64,000 nucleotides of DNA. It comes from Myxococcales bacterium (GTDB taxonomy: Bacteria; Myxococcota_A; Polyangia; Polyangiales; DASUME01). The position numbers and the translations under genes are program-made. The notes below the pieces were generated by a model that saw only the letters and a list, made by a program, of their open reading frames with translations, was not told where the DNA came from and did no database searches. Location: the NCBI GenBank assembly GCA_047601445.1, contig JASGJH010000001.1, forward strand, positions 3,104,001-3,168,000, in the 5' to 3' direction. Numbering within the stretch: the first letter of the stretch is position 1; each line of letters starts with the position of its first letter. Below are positions 21,608 through 31,687 of the stretch, one piece after another.

Positions 21608-22396
21608 ATGACACGCTTGGCGAACGTCGCGGCGCTGCTCGCTCTGGCGGGCCTCTCGGGCTGCCTGGAAGAGCAGCGCTACGCGGTGGAGCGCGAGCGC
21701 GTCTACATGCCGCCGGACTCCGAGCCTGCCTTCTTCGATGACGACGACAATCCGTTCTTCGTCGAGGAGAAGGTGTTTCGTCTGCAGATTCGTCCGCCCA
21801 GCGAGCAGTCCCTGCAGACGCTGACGCAGTCTGCGCAGGGGATGAAGCTGCCCTTCCCGCGCTTGCCCTGGGTGCAGCGCGAGGACGAAGAGCTGCGCGT
21901 CGACTACACGCTGGAGAACCGCAGCGACCAGCCGGTGAACGCCATGGTCTTCGTGGACGGTATCGACGAGTTCTTCGAGTACACGCCTGGCCCCGAGGAC
22001 TTTCATCAGTACGAACGTCGTCTGCTCGTGGAAGCCCACAAGACGGTCGGCGGTACCATCACCGAGCTCGAGATGGACGAAATCGCCATCGACCTGGCCA
22101 CCGCGGTGAACGGCGCGCCGAACACGGCACTCGTCGTGCAGTTCCAGGGCCAATCTGGCCGCGACCCACGCGTGCAGAAGTACATCCCGAAAGTCGTGCC
22201 AGGCCTCGTCGCATTCCACATGGGCATCATGAGCGGCGGCCTCGGAGGTGGAGAGACCGCCCCCGACCTGAAATTGACCCTGAGCGTGCGCGTCCAGGAC
22301 CATGGTGACCGCATCGCGGCGCGCGGCGAGAAGCACTGGGACCCGCTGCCCACGCCGACGCCCTTCGTGCCTGTCGTACCGGAAGAGGACCCATGA
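21608..22396 (+). CDS. Hypothetical lipoprotein
   Basis: LSGC lipobox, coupled within the operon. Confidence 0.7.
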   Translation: MTRLANVAALLALAGLSGCLEEQRYAVERERVYMPPDSEPAFFDDDDNPFFVEEKVFRLQIRPPSEQSLQTLTQSAQGMKLPFPRLPWVQREDEELRVDYTLENRSDQPVNAMVFVDGIDEFFEYTPGPEDFHQYERRLLVEAHKTVGGTITELEMDEIAIDLATAVNGAPNTALVVQFQGQSGRDPRVQKYIPKVVPGLVAFHMGIMSGGLGGGETAPDLKLTLSVRVQDHGDRIAARGEKHWDPLPTPTPFVPVVPEEDP

Positions 22397-23121
22397 GCTT
22401 GGAAAGGCGCGCCGGCGCGCGCGCGCAGAGTTGGAGAGCGTTGCTGGGGTGCGCGCTGTTGGGAACGTGGTTGGCCGTGTTTGCGCCGCGCGTGCATGCA
22501 CAGGGCAACGCCAGCGAGCCGGATCTCGCGCCCGGTGAGCAGCTGACGGAGGCGGTGGACCCCACGCGCCTGGACGTGGCTCGCTTGCCCCCGGAGGCCA
22601 TCGAGGTGACCCGCGACCTGTACGCGCACGGACTCTTCCTGGAGGCTCAGGCAGGTGCACTGGCGTTCGTGGGCGATGCCAACGTCGTGAGCACGCCCGG
22701 ACCGCGCTTCGGCGTGGCGCTCGGCTACGAGGTGTTCTCGTGGCTGAGCCCGCTGCTGTTGCTCGAAGGCTCCATGCATCGCACGGATAACCGCGGTCCG
22801 CCCGCGCCGAGCGCCTACGAGCTCATCGGCGGTGCCCTGGGCGCGCGCCTGAACATCCCTTTCAACGCGCGTGCAGCGCTGTGGGTGTCAGGTCTGGTGG
22901 GAGTCAACTGGTCGAGCCGCGACGTGCTGCGTGCGCTGGGCTTCACGGATGCCTTCAAGCTCGGCATCAACTACGGTGGCGAACTCGGCTTCGATTGGCA
23001 CCTGAAGTCACGTCATCATTCGCTCGGAGTGTTGGGAGGCGCACGCCTCTATCCTTCGCTCGCGCGCGATGACTTTACGCTCGCTGGATATGGTTCCGCA
23101 TACGTCCGCTACGTGTTCTGA
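22393..23121 (+). CDS. Outer-membrane beta-barrel, GltH(CglE)/NfsH-like
   Basis: Signal peptide, alternating strands, C-terminal YVRYVF BAM signal. Confidence 0.65.
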   Translation: MSLERRAGARAQSWRALLGCALLGTWLAVFAPRVHAQGNASEPDLAPGEQLTEAVDPTRLDVARLPPEAIEVTRDLYAHGLFLEAQAGALAFVGDANVVSTPGPRFGVALGYEVFSWLSPLLLLEGSMHRTDNRGPPAPSAYELIGGALGARLNIPFNARAALWVSGLVGVNWSSRDVLRALGFTDAFKLGINYGGELGFDWHLKSRHHSLGVLGGARLYPSLARDDFTLAGYGSAYVRYVF

Positions 23122-23463
23122 CGACAACGTCCGTTTTCAATCTTAATCGTTCCGTTCCCATTCTTGGACGCACGATTTCTTGACGTTCTGCGCGCTCACT
23201 GATTGACGCGGTCTCGCAGTCGGAACACGGTACGAAGCATGCGGACGGAGCGCGTTGACACCCCCCGAGTGCCGTGTCGTAGTGCTGTTCCCGAACTGCT
23301 TGGCGAGAGCTTGTGCACGTGGAAGTGCCTTGGAAGTAGGCGATATGTGGCGTTGCATGCGAGCGGCCCTGCCCGCTGCGCGCCCGCCATCGAATGAAGT
23401 CCAGGATTGGTTTTGCTCGCGCGCTCGGGGAGCGCGCTTCGACTCGTCCTCGGAGACCAGGTC

Positions 23464-25095
23464 ATGCTCTCGCTCTATCAGCGCATCAAGGACTGGCAGC
23501 GCAGTCCAGACAGTGAAGGCACGGGAAGACTCGCGCGCTTACGGGACGGCATCGCCGCGGCGCCCCTGGCGTGGGCGGACCGCGCCGGACGTCAGTCAGA
23601 CTTTCGTGCCGCCTTTGCAGACTCTCCGTTTGCCAATTTCATCGCGGATCCTTCGGGACAGGTACTGGTCTGCAACCCGCGCTTCACTCAGCTGTGCGGC
23701 CAGGCTGCCGGCGCCGAGTCCACCCTCGACTTGCAGACCTCGTGGGTCGGCAGCTGGACTTGGAAGGCCGTCCTGGACGACCTCGAGCAGGCGGAGACGC
23801 CGCGCTTCCGCAAGCTGACACTCGCCGTGCGCGACAACAAGCGCGGACCACAGACCCTCGAGGTGCTGGCCACGGTGTGGCTCGAGCGCAGCAGCGACGG
23901 ACGCGTGGCCCGGGTCCACGGGAGCTTGCTGGATCCGCACGCGCGGGGCGAACTCGAAGCGCTCTCCGGACATTCACGTCAGCTGGAACGCGTGACGAAA
24001 CTCGCTGGTGAGCTTGCGCACGACTTCAATAACCTGCTGACGATCATCCTCTCGGTGGGCGAACTGATGCTGGTGAGCGGAGAGCTCAGCGCTGGACTCA
24101 CGCGCCGCTCTCGAGCCTTGATCTCGGCGAGTCAGCGGGCCGCCACGCTCGCCACGCAGCTGCTCAACCTGAGCCGCACGACGGCGGGTCCCCATCTCAG
24201 TGTGCCGACCCATAGCTTCGTCCAGGAATCCCTGGTGTTGGCGCGCCGCTTGATCCCCGAGCTCGAGATGCGCACGCAGATCGCGGCCGACACGGGCGCA
24301 CTCGAGGCAGACACCGCGCAGCTCTCGCAGGTGTTGGTGAACTTGATCATCCACGTACGCGATTCCCTCCCGCCGGACGGCGCCGTGGGGCTGTGCTCGC
24401 AGCGCGCGACGCTGAGCGAGTCGCTGGCCACTGGACTCGCGCCGGGTGAGTACGTGCAGATCTCCATCGGCGCAGCGAGCGACCTCGAACGCTCGCTGGC
24501 GGATTCGGAGAGCAACCCGCAGCCCTCCGCGGCGGCAGACGTGGGACGCACATCGGGGTTGGGACTCACGAGTGCCCACGGCATCGTGCGCGCCGCAGGT
24601 GGCTACATCGGTGTCGGGCGAGGCCTCGGCAATACCCCGCTCTTCACGCTCTATCTGCCGCTTTCCCAAGCCGACCGCGACTCCGCGGAGCAAACCGCCG
24701 AGAGCGACCGCGGCAACACCATCCTGGTGGCAGAGGATGAGCACCTCGTGCGTCAGCTGACCTGTGCCCTCCTGCGCGAAGAGGGCTACCAGGTGCTCGA
24801 AGCGTCAGACGGAGCCAACGCACTCAACCTGGCCAGTCGACACCACGGTCCCATCGACCTCTTACTCACCGACGTCACGATGCCGCAGATGGGTGGGGTG
24901 GAGCTCGGGCGCGAGCTGCAAAAGCGCTTCCCTGGGCTGGCGGTGCTCTACATGTCCGGCCACAGCGAAGACGCGCTGCTGCGGCAGGGGTTGCCCAAGC
25001 GCGAGGCGCACCTGCTGGCCAAGCCCTTCAGCCGCACGGCGCTCACCAACGCGGTGCGCAGAATGCTGCAGCAGGCGAAGGTTCAAGAAGCTTGA
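23464..25095 (+). CDS. Hybrid sensor kinase (PAS-like, HisKA, degenerate HATPase, receiver)
   Basis: AHDFNNLL H-box. Receiver intact (AEDE, LTDVTMP, KPF). Start codon uncertain. Confidence 0.82.
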   Translation: MLSLYQRIKDWQRSPDSEGTGRLARLRDGIAAAPLAWADRAGRQSDFRAAFADSPFANFIADPSGQVLVCNPRFTQLCGQAAGAESTLDLQTSWVGSWTWKAVLDDLEQAETPRFRKLTLAVRDNKRGPQTLEVLATVWLERSSDGRVARVHGSLLDPHARGELEALSGHSRQLERVTKLAGELAHDFNNLLTIILSVGELMLVSGELSAGLTRRSRALISASQRAATLATQLLNLSRTTAGPHLSVPTHSFVQESLVLARRLIPELEMRTQIAADTGALEADTAQLSQVLVNLIIHVRDSLPPDGAVGLCSQRATLSESLATGLAPGEYVQISIGAASDLERSLADSESNPQPSAAADVGRTSGLGLTSAHGIVRAAGGYIGVGRGLGNTPLFTLYLPLSQADRDSAEQTAESDRGNTILVAEDEHLVRQLTCALLREEGYQVLEASDGANALNLASRHHGPIDLLLTDVTMPQMGGVELGRELQKRFPGLAVLYMSGHSEDALLRQGLPKREAHLLAKPFSRTALTNAVRRMLQQAKVQEA

Positions 25096-25196
25096 GAGCG
25101 GAGCATTTTAGCGAGAACGCACGCGTGCGAAGACGCGCACGACTACGAGGACGAGCACGAGTACGTAAACCTGCGTGGGGCCAAGTGACTTGGTCG

Positions 25197-26582
25197 TCAG
25201 AGTTTCGCACGTAGCGCAGCGATATCCGGGTGCTCCGGGTCGTACATGAACGCTTCGTCGAGGGCGGCCTTGGCTTGCTCGTGTTGGCCCTCTCGCAGAG
25301 CACGCTCCGCTCGATCCAGCGCATCCTTGGCACGTTCTTCGCGCTCGAAGGAGCTCAAGTTCAACACCGCCGGTGGCGTGACGGCTGCGTCGCTGGGTGT
25401 GGCGCTGTCACCCGCATCCACCACCACGCTCGGCGCGGCGTCGAGGGCCTTGGTCTTCGCGGCGTCCACGGGCGCCTCCGGGAGCGGCGGGAGCGCGGGC
25501 TGCAGCACAGCGTCTGCGTGCGTACTATCGGCGTCCGCGACGCTGGGCGCGGGATCGGTGGGCACGAACTTGAACACCACGGCCAGGCCGAACGCGAGCG
25601 CCAGCGCAAAGGGCCACAGGGCGAGCGGCTTTTTCGGGGCCACCACCGTGGGGACCTGCGAGGCGCGCGAGTTGCGCTCGTTGAGCGCCAGCGCGGGCAA
25701 GGTGTCCATCAAGCTGGCGCGCGAGATGAGTCCGCTCTCGAAGTAGGCGCTGCGCAAGGCGTGCACCATGTTGAGCACGTGGTCGTAGCGCGCCTTGGGG
25801 TCCTTGCGCAGTCCGCGCAAGATCACCGCATCGAGGCCGGCGGGAGCGCTGGCGCCTGGCTTGGCGGCCTGGCTCGGCGACTTGGGCTCGTCGTGGATCA
25901 CGCTGTGGGCCACGTTGAGCGCATCGTTGCCCGGGAAGGCACGCGTGCCGGTGACGGCCTCGTAGATCACCGCAGCGAAGGCAAACTGATCGCTGAGTGG
26001 CGTGGCCTCGCCGCCGCTGAGTGTCTCCGGCGCGCCGTAGCAGGGCGTGCCCAAGAACTGGCCCTGCCCGGTGAGGGCCGCGTCGGGCACGCGGGCGACG
26101 CCGAAGTCCGCCAACCGGATCACGCCGTCGCTGCCCACCAGCAGGTTCTCCGGCTTGATGTCGCGATGGATGATGCCCTCGCGGTGCGCCACGTCGAGCG
26201 CGGCCCCCACCTGCTCACCCAGCGCGAGCACCTGCTCGGGCGGCAGCGGGCCGCGGTTCTTCAGGATGTCTTTGAGGTTCGACCCCTCGACGTACTCGAA
26301 GACCAGGAAGGGCCCTGCCTCGGCGTCGACGCCCACGTCGTACACAGCGACGATGGAGCGATGACGCAACCGTCCCACGGCGCGCGCTTCGTTGCGGAAG
26401 CGCACCAGGAATGCGGCCTGCTCGTCGGGCGAGCCTGCGTTGCGCACCGTCTTGATGGCCACGTCGCGATCGAGCTCGGTGTCGCGCGCCAGGACCACGC
26501 TGCCCATGGCTCCGCTGCCGAGCAGACGCTTGACCGGGTAGCGACCGATTTTCTCGGGAAGCGGGGGCGAGGAAGCAGGCAT
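25197..26582 (-). CDS. Membrane Ser/Thr protein kinase
   Basis: GSGAMG, VAIK, HRDIKPEN, DFG, APE motifs, TM helix, C-terminal TPR. Confidence 0.92.
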   Translation of the reverse strand: MPASSPPLPEKIGRYPVKRLLGSGAMGSVVLARDTELDRDVAIKTVRNAGSPDEQAAFLVRFRNEARAVGRLRHRSIVAVYDVGVDAEAGPFLVFEYVEGSNLKDILKNRGPLPPEQVLALGEQVGAALDVAHREGIIHRDIKPENLLVGSDGVIRLADFGVARVPDAALTGQGQFLGTPCYGAPETLSGGEATPLSDQFAFAAVIYEAVTGTRAFPGNDALNVAHSVIHDEPKSPSQAAKPGASAPAGLDAVILRGLRKDPKARYDHVLNMVHALRSAYFESGLISRASLMDTLPALALNERNSRASQVPTVVAPKKPLALWPFALALAFGLAVVFKFVPTDPAPSVADADSTHADAVLQPALPPLPEAPVDAAKTKALDAAPSVVVDAGDSATPSDAAVTPPAVLNLSSFEREERAKDALDRAERALREGQHEQAKAALDEAFMYDPEHPDIAALRAKL

Positions 26583-26622
26583 GGGGCGACGAAGAGCGAC
26601 GAGGAAGGCTGCGCGCGGCGGT

Positions 26623-28026
26623 CTAGAGCCGGTGAAGCTTGACTGTATTGGTTCCGGACGAAGGCGGCCAACCGATCACGAGCGCAAATGCGTCGCCCTT
26701 CGCACAGATCTTCTCGCGGGCTAGCACACTGGTGGCGATGCGCAGGGTCTCCTCGAGGTCCTCGGCTGGCAATCCCAGGCGGGGCACCACCCCCCAACAG
26801 AGCGCCAGGCGATTGGCCGCCGACACCTGGGGGGTGATGGCGACGATGGGGGCGCGCGGGCGGTACTCCGAGAGCAGGGCGGCGGTACGACCGTCGCGGG
26901 TCAGCGTGACCACGGCCCGGAGGGGTAGCGTGAAACTGAGCAGCGCTGCCGCGCGCGCCCCCGCGGTTGCGAAGTCCCAGTCGTCGATCAGCTTGGGGTC
27001 CGTAATGGCACGGCTCTGGGCCTCGAGGTGGGCGCTCTCCACGTCCCGCACGATGGCGTCCATCATTTTGACGGATTCCACGGGGTAGCTGCCCGAGGCG
27101 GTCTCACCGCTGAGCATCACGGCGTCGGTTCCATCGAGCACGGCGTTCGCCACGTCCGCCGCTTCGGCGCGGGTCGGACGCGGGTTCCGCATCATCGAGT
27201 CCAGCATCTGGGTGGCCGTGATCACCAATTTCCCGCGCCGGTTCACCTCACGGATGATGCGCTTCTGCACCAGCGGCACCTTCTCGGCGCCGAGCTCCAC
27301 GCCGAGGTCGCCGCGCGCCACCATCGCCCCCTCGGCCGCGTCCAGGATGGCCTCGAGCTGAGCCACCGCCTCCGGCTTCTCGATCTTGGCGATCACCGGG
27401 GTGCCCTTGGCCAGAGCCTGGGCCTCCCGCACGTCGTCTGGGTTGCGCACGAAGGAGAGCGCCAGGTAGTCGACCTTGAGCTCGTTGACCGCGAAATCCA
27501 GGTCCCGCTTGTCCTTGTCGGTGAGCGCGGGCGCGCTGAGCGCGGACCCGGGCATATTGAGGCCCTTGTTGTTCGAGAGCGGCCCTCCTTCCGCGACGGT
27601 GGTGTGAACGTCTTCACCGTCCACGCGATCGACGATCAACTTGAGCAGGCCGTCGTCCAGGAGGATGGCGTCGCCGGGCTTCACGTCCCGGGGCAACGGC
27701 TTGTAGGTGACCGAAACGATGTTCTGGTCGCCAGGAACCTCGCGGGCGGTGAGGATGAAGGGACGCCCGGGGATGAGCTCGATGGGGCCCCCCGGAAAGC
27801 GCCCCACGCGCATCTTGGGGCCCGAGAGATCGGCGAGGATGGCGACGGGGCGACCCGCGCGCGCGGCCACCTCCCGCAAGATGCGGGCGACCTTGGCGTG
27901 ATCTTCGTGACTGCCGTGACTGAAATTGAGGCGGGCGCAGTCCATGCCCGCCCCGACCAGGGCCTGAATCATCTCAGGGGTGCTCGAGGCCGGTCCGATG
28001 GTGCAGACGATCTTGACCCTACGCAT
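26623..28026 (-). CDS. pyk: Pyruvate kinase
   Basis: KIVCTIGPAS, RLNFSHG, AKIEK, MVARGDLGVE, ATQMLDSM, MLSGETA. Confidence 0.97.
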   Translation of the reverse strand: MRRVKIVCTIGPASSTPEMIQALVGAGMDCARLNFSHGSHEDHAKVARILREVAARAGRPVAILADLSGPKMRVGRFPGGPIELIPGRPFILTAREVPGDQNIVSVTYKPLPRDVKPGDAILLDDGLLKLIVDRVDGEDVHTTVAEGGPLSNNKGLNMPGSALSAPALTDKDKRDLDFAVNELKVDYLALSFVRNPDDVREAQALAKGTPVIAKIEKPEAVAQLEAILDAAEGAMVARGDLGVELGAEKVPLVQKRIIREVNRRGKLVITATQMLDSMMRNPRPTRAEAADVANAVLDGTDAVMLSGETASGSYPVESVKMMDAIVRDVESAHLEAQSRAITDPKLIDDWDFATAGARAAALLSFTLPLRAVVTLTRDGRTAALLSEYRPRAPIVAITPQVSAANRLALCWGVVPRLGLPAEDLEETLRIATSVLAREKICAKGDAFALVIGWPPSSGTNTVKLHRL

Positions 28027-28120
28027 TCCGTTAAGTTTGCACCCGCGCCCGGGCTCACGTCGAGAGCGCAGCGCTTCCAATGATTTGTCGTGCGAAAGCG
28101 GGTGTGGCAGGCTCGCGCGC

Positions 28121-28891
28121 ATGCTCCGGCAAGGTTTTGCGCTCGGGATTCTCGCTTCAACTCTGGTTCTGGGTTGCGCGTATCCGCGCCGCTCCACACC
28201 GCTCGGCACGGTCTCGAGCGATGTGGCGAAGACGATCGCGGCGCCCGCGGAAATGTGGCGCCTGGTCTTGGTGCGCGCCGACATCCCGCCCCAGCAGCGC
28301 AGCGGTCTGGCCTGGGACGACGACGGCAAGGGACCCGACTCCTATCTCAAGCTGCTGGTGAACGGACGCGAGCTCTGGCAGAGCCCGGTGGTCGAGAACA
28401 GCATCCACCCCGAGTTCAACGCCAGTCCGCCCAAGAATTTCGCGTTCAGCCCCGATACCAAGGTCCGGCTCGAGCTCTGGGACAAGGACGGTGTGAGCGC
28501 CGATCCAATCGGCATCTACGAGGGTCGCGGCCTGGGTGACGCCATCGTGGGCGCCCCCACGACGTTCAAGCTGGAGGGCGGCGCCACCATCACGCTCAAG
28601 CGGGACCGTCCGCAGCCGAACTACGGCAGCGGTATCGCCCTCTACGAGGTCCGCAAGCGGGTCCTCCTGGTCATCAAGGTGGTGCCGAATTCCCCGGCCG
28701 CGCGCGCTGGGCTCAAGGCCGGAGATCGCATCACGGCCATCGGCGGCAAGCTCATCGACGACCTGCCCGGCGGCCAGGCCGAGAGCGCTCTGGCCCAGGC
28801 CGGTCAGACGGGGGCCGAACTCACGCTCGAGAAGAACGGGCAGTACCGACGAATCAAACTCGACGACGGCTACGTGTGGCTCGCGATGTGA
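28121..28891 (+). CDS. Lipoprotein with C2-like and PDZ domains
   Basis: VLGC lipobox, C2 pattern (PDSYLKL...HPEFN...LELWDKD...DPIG), PDZ (NSPAARAGLKAGDRITAIGG). Confidence 0.75.
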   Translation: MLRQGFALGILASTLVLGCAYPRRSTPLGTVSSDVAKTIAAPAEMWRLVLVRADIPPQQRSGLAWDDDGKGPDSYLKLLVNGRELWQSPVVENSIHPEFNASPPKNFAFSPDTKVRLELWDKDGVSADPIGIYEGRGLGDAIVGAPTTFKLEGGATITLKRDRPQPNYGSGIALYEVRKRVLLVIKVVPNSPAARAGLKAGDRITAIGGKLIDDLPGGQAESALAQAGQTGAELTLEKNGQYRRIKLDDGYVWLAM

Positions 28892-28955
28892 CAGTCCCCG
28901 CGCACCAGGCAACACGACGGCTCCCTGTGGCTTTCGATGTGATACAAGCCCTGTC

Positions 28956-29546
28956 GTGGCGCGCCTAGTACTCTTTCTTGCCCTATTCCTCGCGGTCCTC
29001 TCCCCGCTCGCTCCTGCCCCCGTCCAGGCCGACGAGATGTTCTCCTTCCGGGGAGGCTTGAGCTTCGGCCAACGCAGGACGGACCGCAGCTACGACCCCA
29101 ACTACTTCATCACGGCCCTGAGCCTCACGGGCGACATGCTGTGGGGTCCCGCTCGGCACGGCACCTTCCGCTTCGGACCGGCCTTCGAGGCACGCACCAC
29201 CAATCTCAGCACCCTCGAGGGCGCCTACGGCTTGACGCTGCAGGTCCCACTGCCCTTGAGCATGGCGCTGACGGCCAACGGCATGATCGGCCTGGCCTGG
29301 CGTGCCCACGCAGAAGACGGCTGGATGGGCATCGGCACCGTGACCCTCGGCTATCGCAGCTACAACTATCACGGCTGGTATGGGTACGGATTGAACCTGT
29401 TCTTCAGCGGCCGAAAGCAGATCAACGACGACTACCTCGTGGAGTACACGGGTGGTGTCGAAGTAGACATGCTGTTCGTCACGGTCATCCCATACATGGC
29501 GATCAGGAACTGGCTGAACAAGGGCGACCCTCACGAAGACGAATAG
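28956..29546 (+). CDS. Exported hypothetical protein, probable small beta-barrel
   Basis: Signal peptide ending VQA, aromatic/Gly-rich strands. Confidence 0.6.
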   Translation: MARLVLFLALFLAVLSPLAPAPVQADEMFSFRGGLSFGQRRTDRSYDPNYFITALSLTGDMLWGPARHGTFRFGPAFEARTTNLSTLEGAYGLTLQVPLPLSMALTANGMIGLAWRAHAEDGWMGIGTVTLGYRSYNYHGWYGYGLNLFFSGRKQINDDYLVEYTGGVEVDMLFVTVIPYMAIRNWLNKGDPHEDE

Positions 29547-29572
29547 CCGGTATCAGGCCGGCCCCAACCTCC

Positions 29573-29660
29573 ACGTACGCGTGCCCGTGCCCGTACGCGA
29601 TCTCTCGTCGTACGACAAAGAGCCGTGAGTCGTTTACGGGCACGTGTACGCGTACGTTTT
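29573..29660. terminator. Long imperfect inverted repeat between convergent genes
   Basis: ACGTACGCGT (29573-82) pairs with ACGCGTACGT (29648-57). GTGCCCGTA (29587-95) pairs with TACGGGCAC (29635-43). A short T run follows. Confidence 0.5.
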
Positions 29661-29662
29661 CG

Positions 29663-30451
29663 TCAGCCCCACAGACCCGCCAAAAATGCCTGCGAAAGGG
29701 CCGCGGTCTCGCGCGGGCTTTCCACCTGGGGGTAGTGGCCGGGCCCTGGCAAGTGCACGAAGTGCGCGCGTGAGATGGGCTTCACCACGGTCTCGCGCAA
29801 GAGCTCGGGTGGCAGCGTGGGGTCGTCGGTCCCGATCACCAGCGTGGGCACCTGGATCTCCGCCAAGCGCTCCTGAAAGCCCCCGCGATGCCAGGCCTCG
29901 AAGGCCCCTGCGATGCAGGCCGGAGCGACCTTGTCGGAGTCCTCGAGGAGGCGCTCGCGATCCTCGGGCGTCAGCAGCTTGCATACCTGATCCACGATGC
30001 CGCCGCGGGCGGCGCGCTCGTGGGCGGCAGCCCGAAAGCCAGGCAGCACGTGCTCGGGCAGCGGGGCTCCCGCGGCGGGCACGCTGCACATCAGCATCAA
30101 CCCACTGACGTGCTCGGCGTCCTCGATGGCCACCAGCTGAGCGATCTGGCCGCCCATGCTGTGGCCGAGCAGCGCGTAGGAGGCGAGCGACTCGGCCTCC
30201 GCCAGCGCGATCACATCGCGTGCGTAGCGTGAAAGGGCGTAGTGCTCCGTGAGTTCGGGTTTGCCCGAGGCCCCGCTGCCCCGCAGATCGGGCACGATCA
30301 CGCGCAGCCCCTGCAAGTCCAGCACCTCGAGCAAGCTCGAGAACACGGCGCCCGAGACCATCCAGCCGTGCACCAAGATCACCGCGTTTGGGCCCTTGCC
30401 CAGCACGCGATAACTCAGCTCCACTCCATCATCCAAGGTCAGCTTGGGCAT
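29663..30451 (-). CDS. Alpha/beta-fold hydrolase
   Basis: HGW, GHSMGG nucleophile elbow, D and GH catalytic residues. Confidence 0.9.
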   Translation of the reverse strand: MPKLTLDDGVELSYRVLGKGPNAVILVHGWMVSGAVFSSLLEVLDLQGLRVIVPDLRGSGASGKPELTEHYALSRYARDVIALAEAESLASYALLGHSMGGQIAQLVAIEDAEHVSGLMLMCSVPAAGAPLPEHVLPGFRAAAHERAARGGIVDQVCKLLTPEDRERLLEDSDKVAPACIAGAFEAWHRGGFQERLAEIQVPTLVIGTDDPTLPPELLRETVVKPISRAHFVHLPGPGHYPQVESPRETAALSQAFLAGLWG

Positions 30452-30597
30452 GGCGTCTCCTTGCGCGGCGCAACCCAGGCGGTTGCGAGCCACACATCAG
30501 ACTGCCGTTCGGGCACACCCAGCAAGGTGGCCGGATGCCCAGTCACCGGATGGTCCCGGCTGAAGCGTCCCTCCAAACCCGGAGCTCGGAAGCCGAG

Positions 30598-31656
30598 CTA
30601 CGCGTTCGACGCGCGGCGCTCTTGGGCCTCGGAGAGCATGGTGCTGAGGGTGCCTTCCTCGGCCGCTCTCACGTACTGGGCCGGCGTGAGTCCGGTCCAG
30701 CGCTTGAAGGCCCGGAAGAACGCGCTCGGTTCCGAATAACCTATGCGCTCCGCCGTGTCGCGGATGGAGGCGCCCGGCCGCCGCAGCTCCTCGCAGGCCA
30801 GCCGCTCGCGCGCTTGCTCCAGCACCTGGGACATCGATGCACCCTCGCTCTGCAGCCGGCGCCGCAAGGCACGGTGCGTGAGGCCGAACTCGCGCGCGAT
30901 CTTGGACATGTCCACGTTGCACAGGTCGGACTCGAGGCGCAGGCGGGCGCTCAGGCGCTCCACGATGCTGGCGCGGGTGCCGAGCTTGGCGAGGAGCTGC
31001 TCGGCCGCGGCACGCAGCAGTTGACTCGTGGTGAGGTCCCCGTGTCGCTGCGGGGTCTGGAGGATCGCGGCGCTGCCGAACAGGGCATTTTCGCTCTGTG
31101 AGAAGCGCACGGGACACTCGAAGAGCTGGCGGTAGCGCTCGCTATAGGCAGGCTCGGGGTGCGAGAACCAGACCTCCTGGGCGAACGCTTCCTTGCCCAC
31201 GAACGTGCGTACCACGCGCACGATCATCGAGGCGGTCATCTCAGCGCCGAAACGCAGTGTCTCGTCGGCGACCGCCCCGTGGTAACCGAAGCTCAAGCGG
31301 CACACGGGGCCGCGCACGCTGAGCGAAATTCGCATGTCGTCGACGATCAACGGCGAGAAGCGCTGGAATAGCTCGAAGGCCTCCTGCGGGGTGGACGCGG
31401 ACATCAAGAGGTGACCCAGCAGCTGCAGCATGTGCTCAGGCGCATTGGCTCCCAGGGCCAGCCCGATGCCGGCGTCGCCTGTCAATTTGATGGCGCGCGA
31501 GACCATGGTCTCGAACTTGGAGACCTCGATCATGCTGCGCATGTCCGAGAGCGTGGCGGGGTCGATGGCGAAGCCCTCGAGCAATGGCGCGGCGTCGAGC
31601 CCCCTACGCTGGAGCTCGCCCATCAAGCCTCGCACCATGACTATCGAGATATACAT
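30598..31656 (-). CDS. AraC-family transcriptional regulator (ligand-binding N-terminal domain)
   Basis: C-terminal GYSEPSAFFRAFKRWTGLTP HTH. Confidence 0.92.
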   Translation of the reverse strand: MYISIVMVRGLMGELQRRGLDAAPLLEGFAIDPATLSDMRSMIEVSKFETMVSRAIKLTGDAGIGLALGANAPEHMLQLLGHLLMSASTPQEAFELFQRFSPLIVDDMRISLSVRGPVCRLSFGYHGAVADETLRFGAEMTASMIVRVVRTFVGKEAFAQEVWFSHPEPAYSERYRQLFECPVRFSQSENALFGSAAILQTPQRHGDLTTSQLLRAAAEQLLAKLGTRASIVERLSARLRLESDLCNVDMSKIAREFGLTHRALRRRLQSEGASMSQVLEQARERLACEELRRPGASIRDTAERIGYSEPSAFFRAFKRWTGLTPAQYVRAAEEGTLSTMLSEAQERRASNA

Positions 31657-31687
31657 GCACTACACCTAAGAAAAGGCGCCTCGCGAG

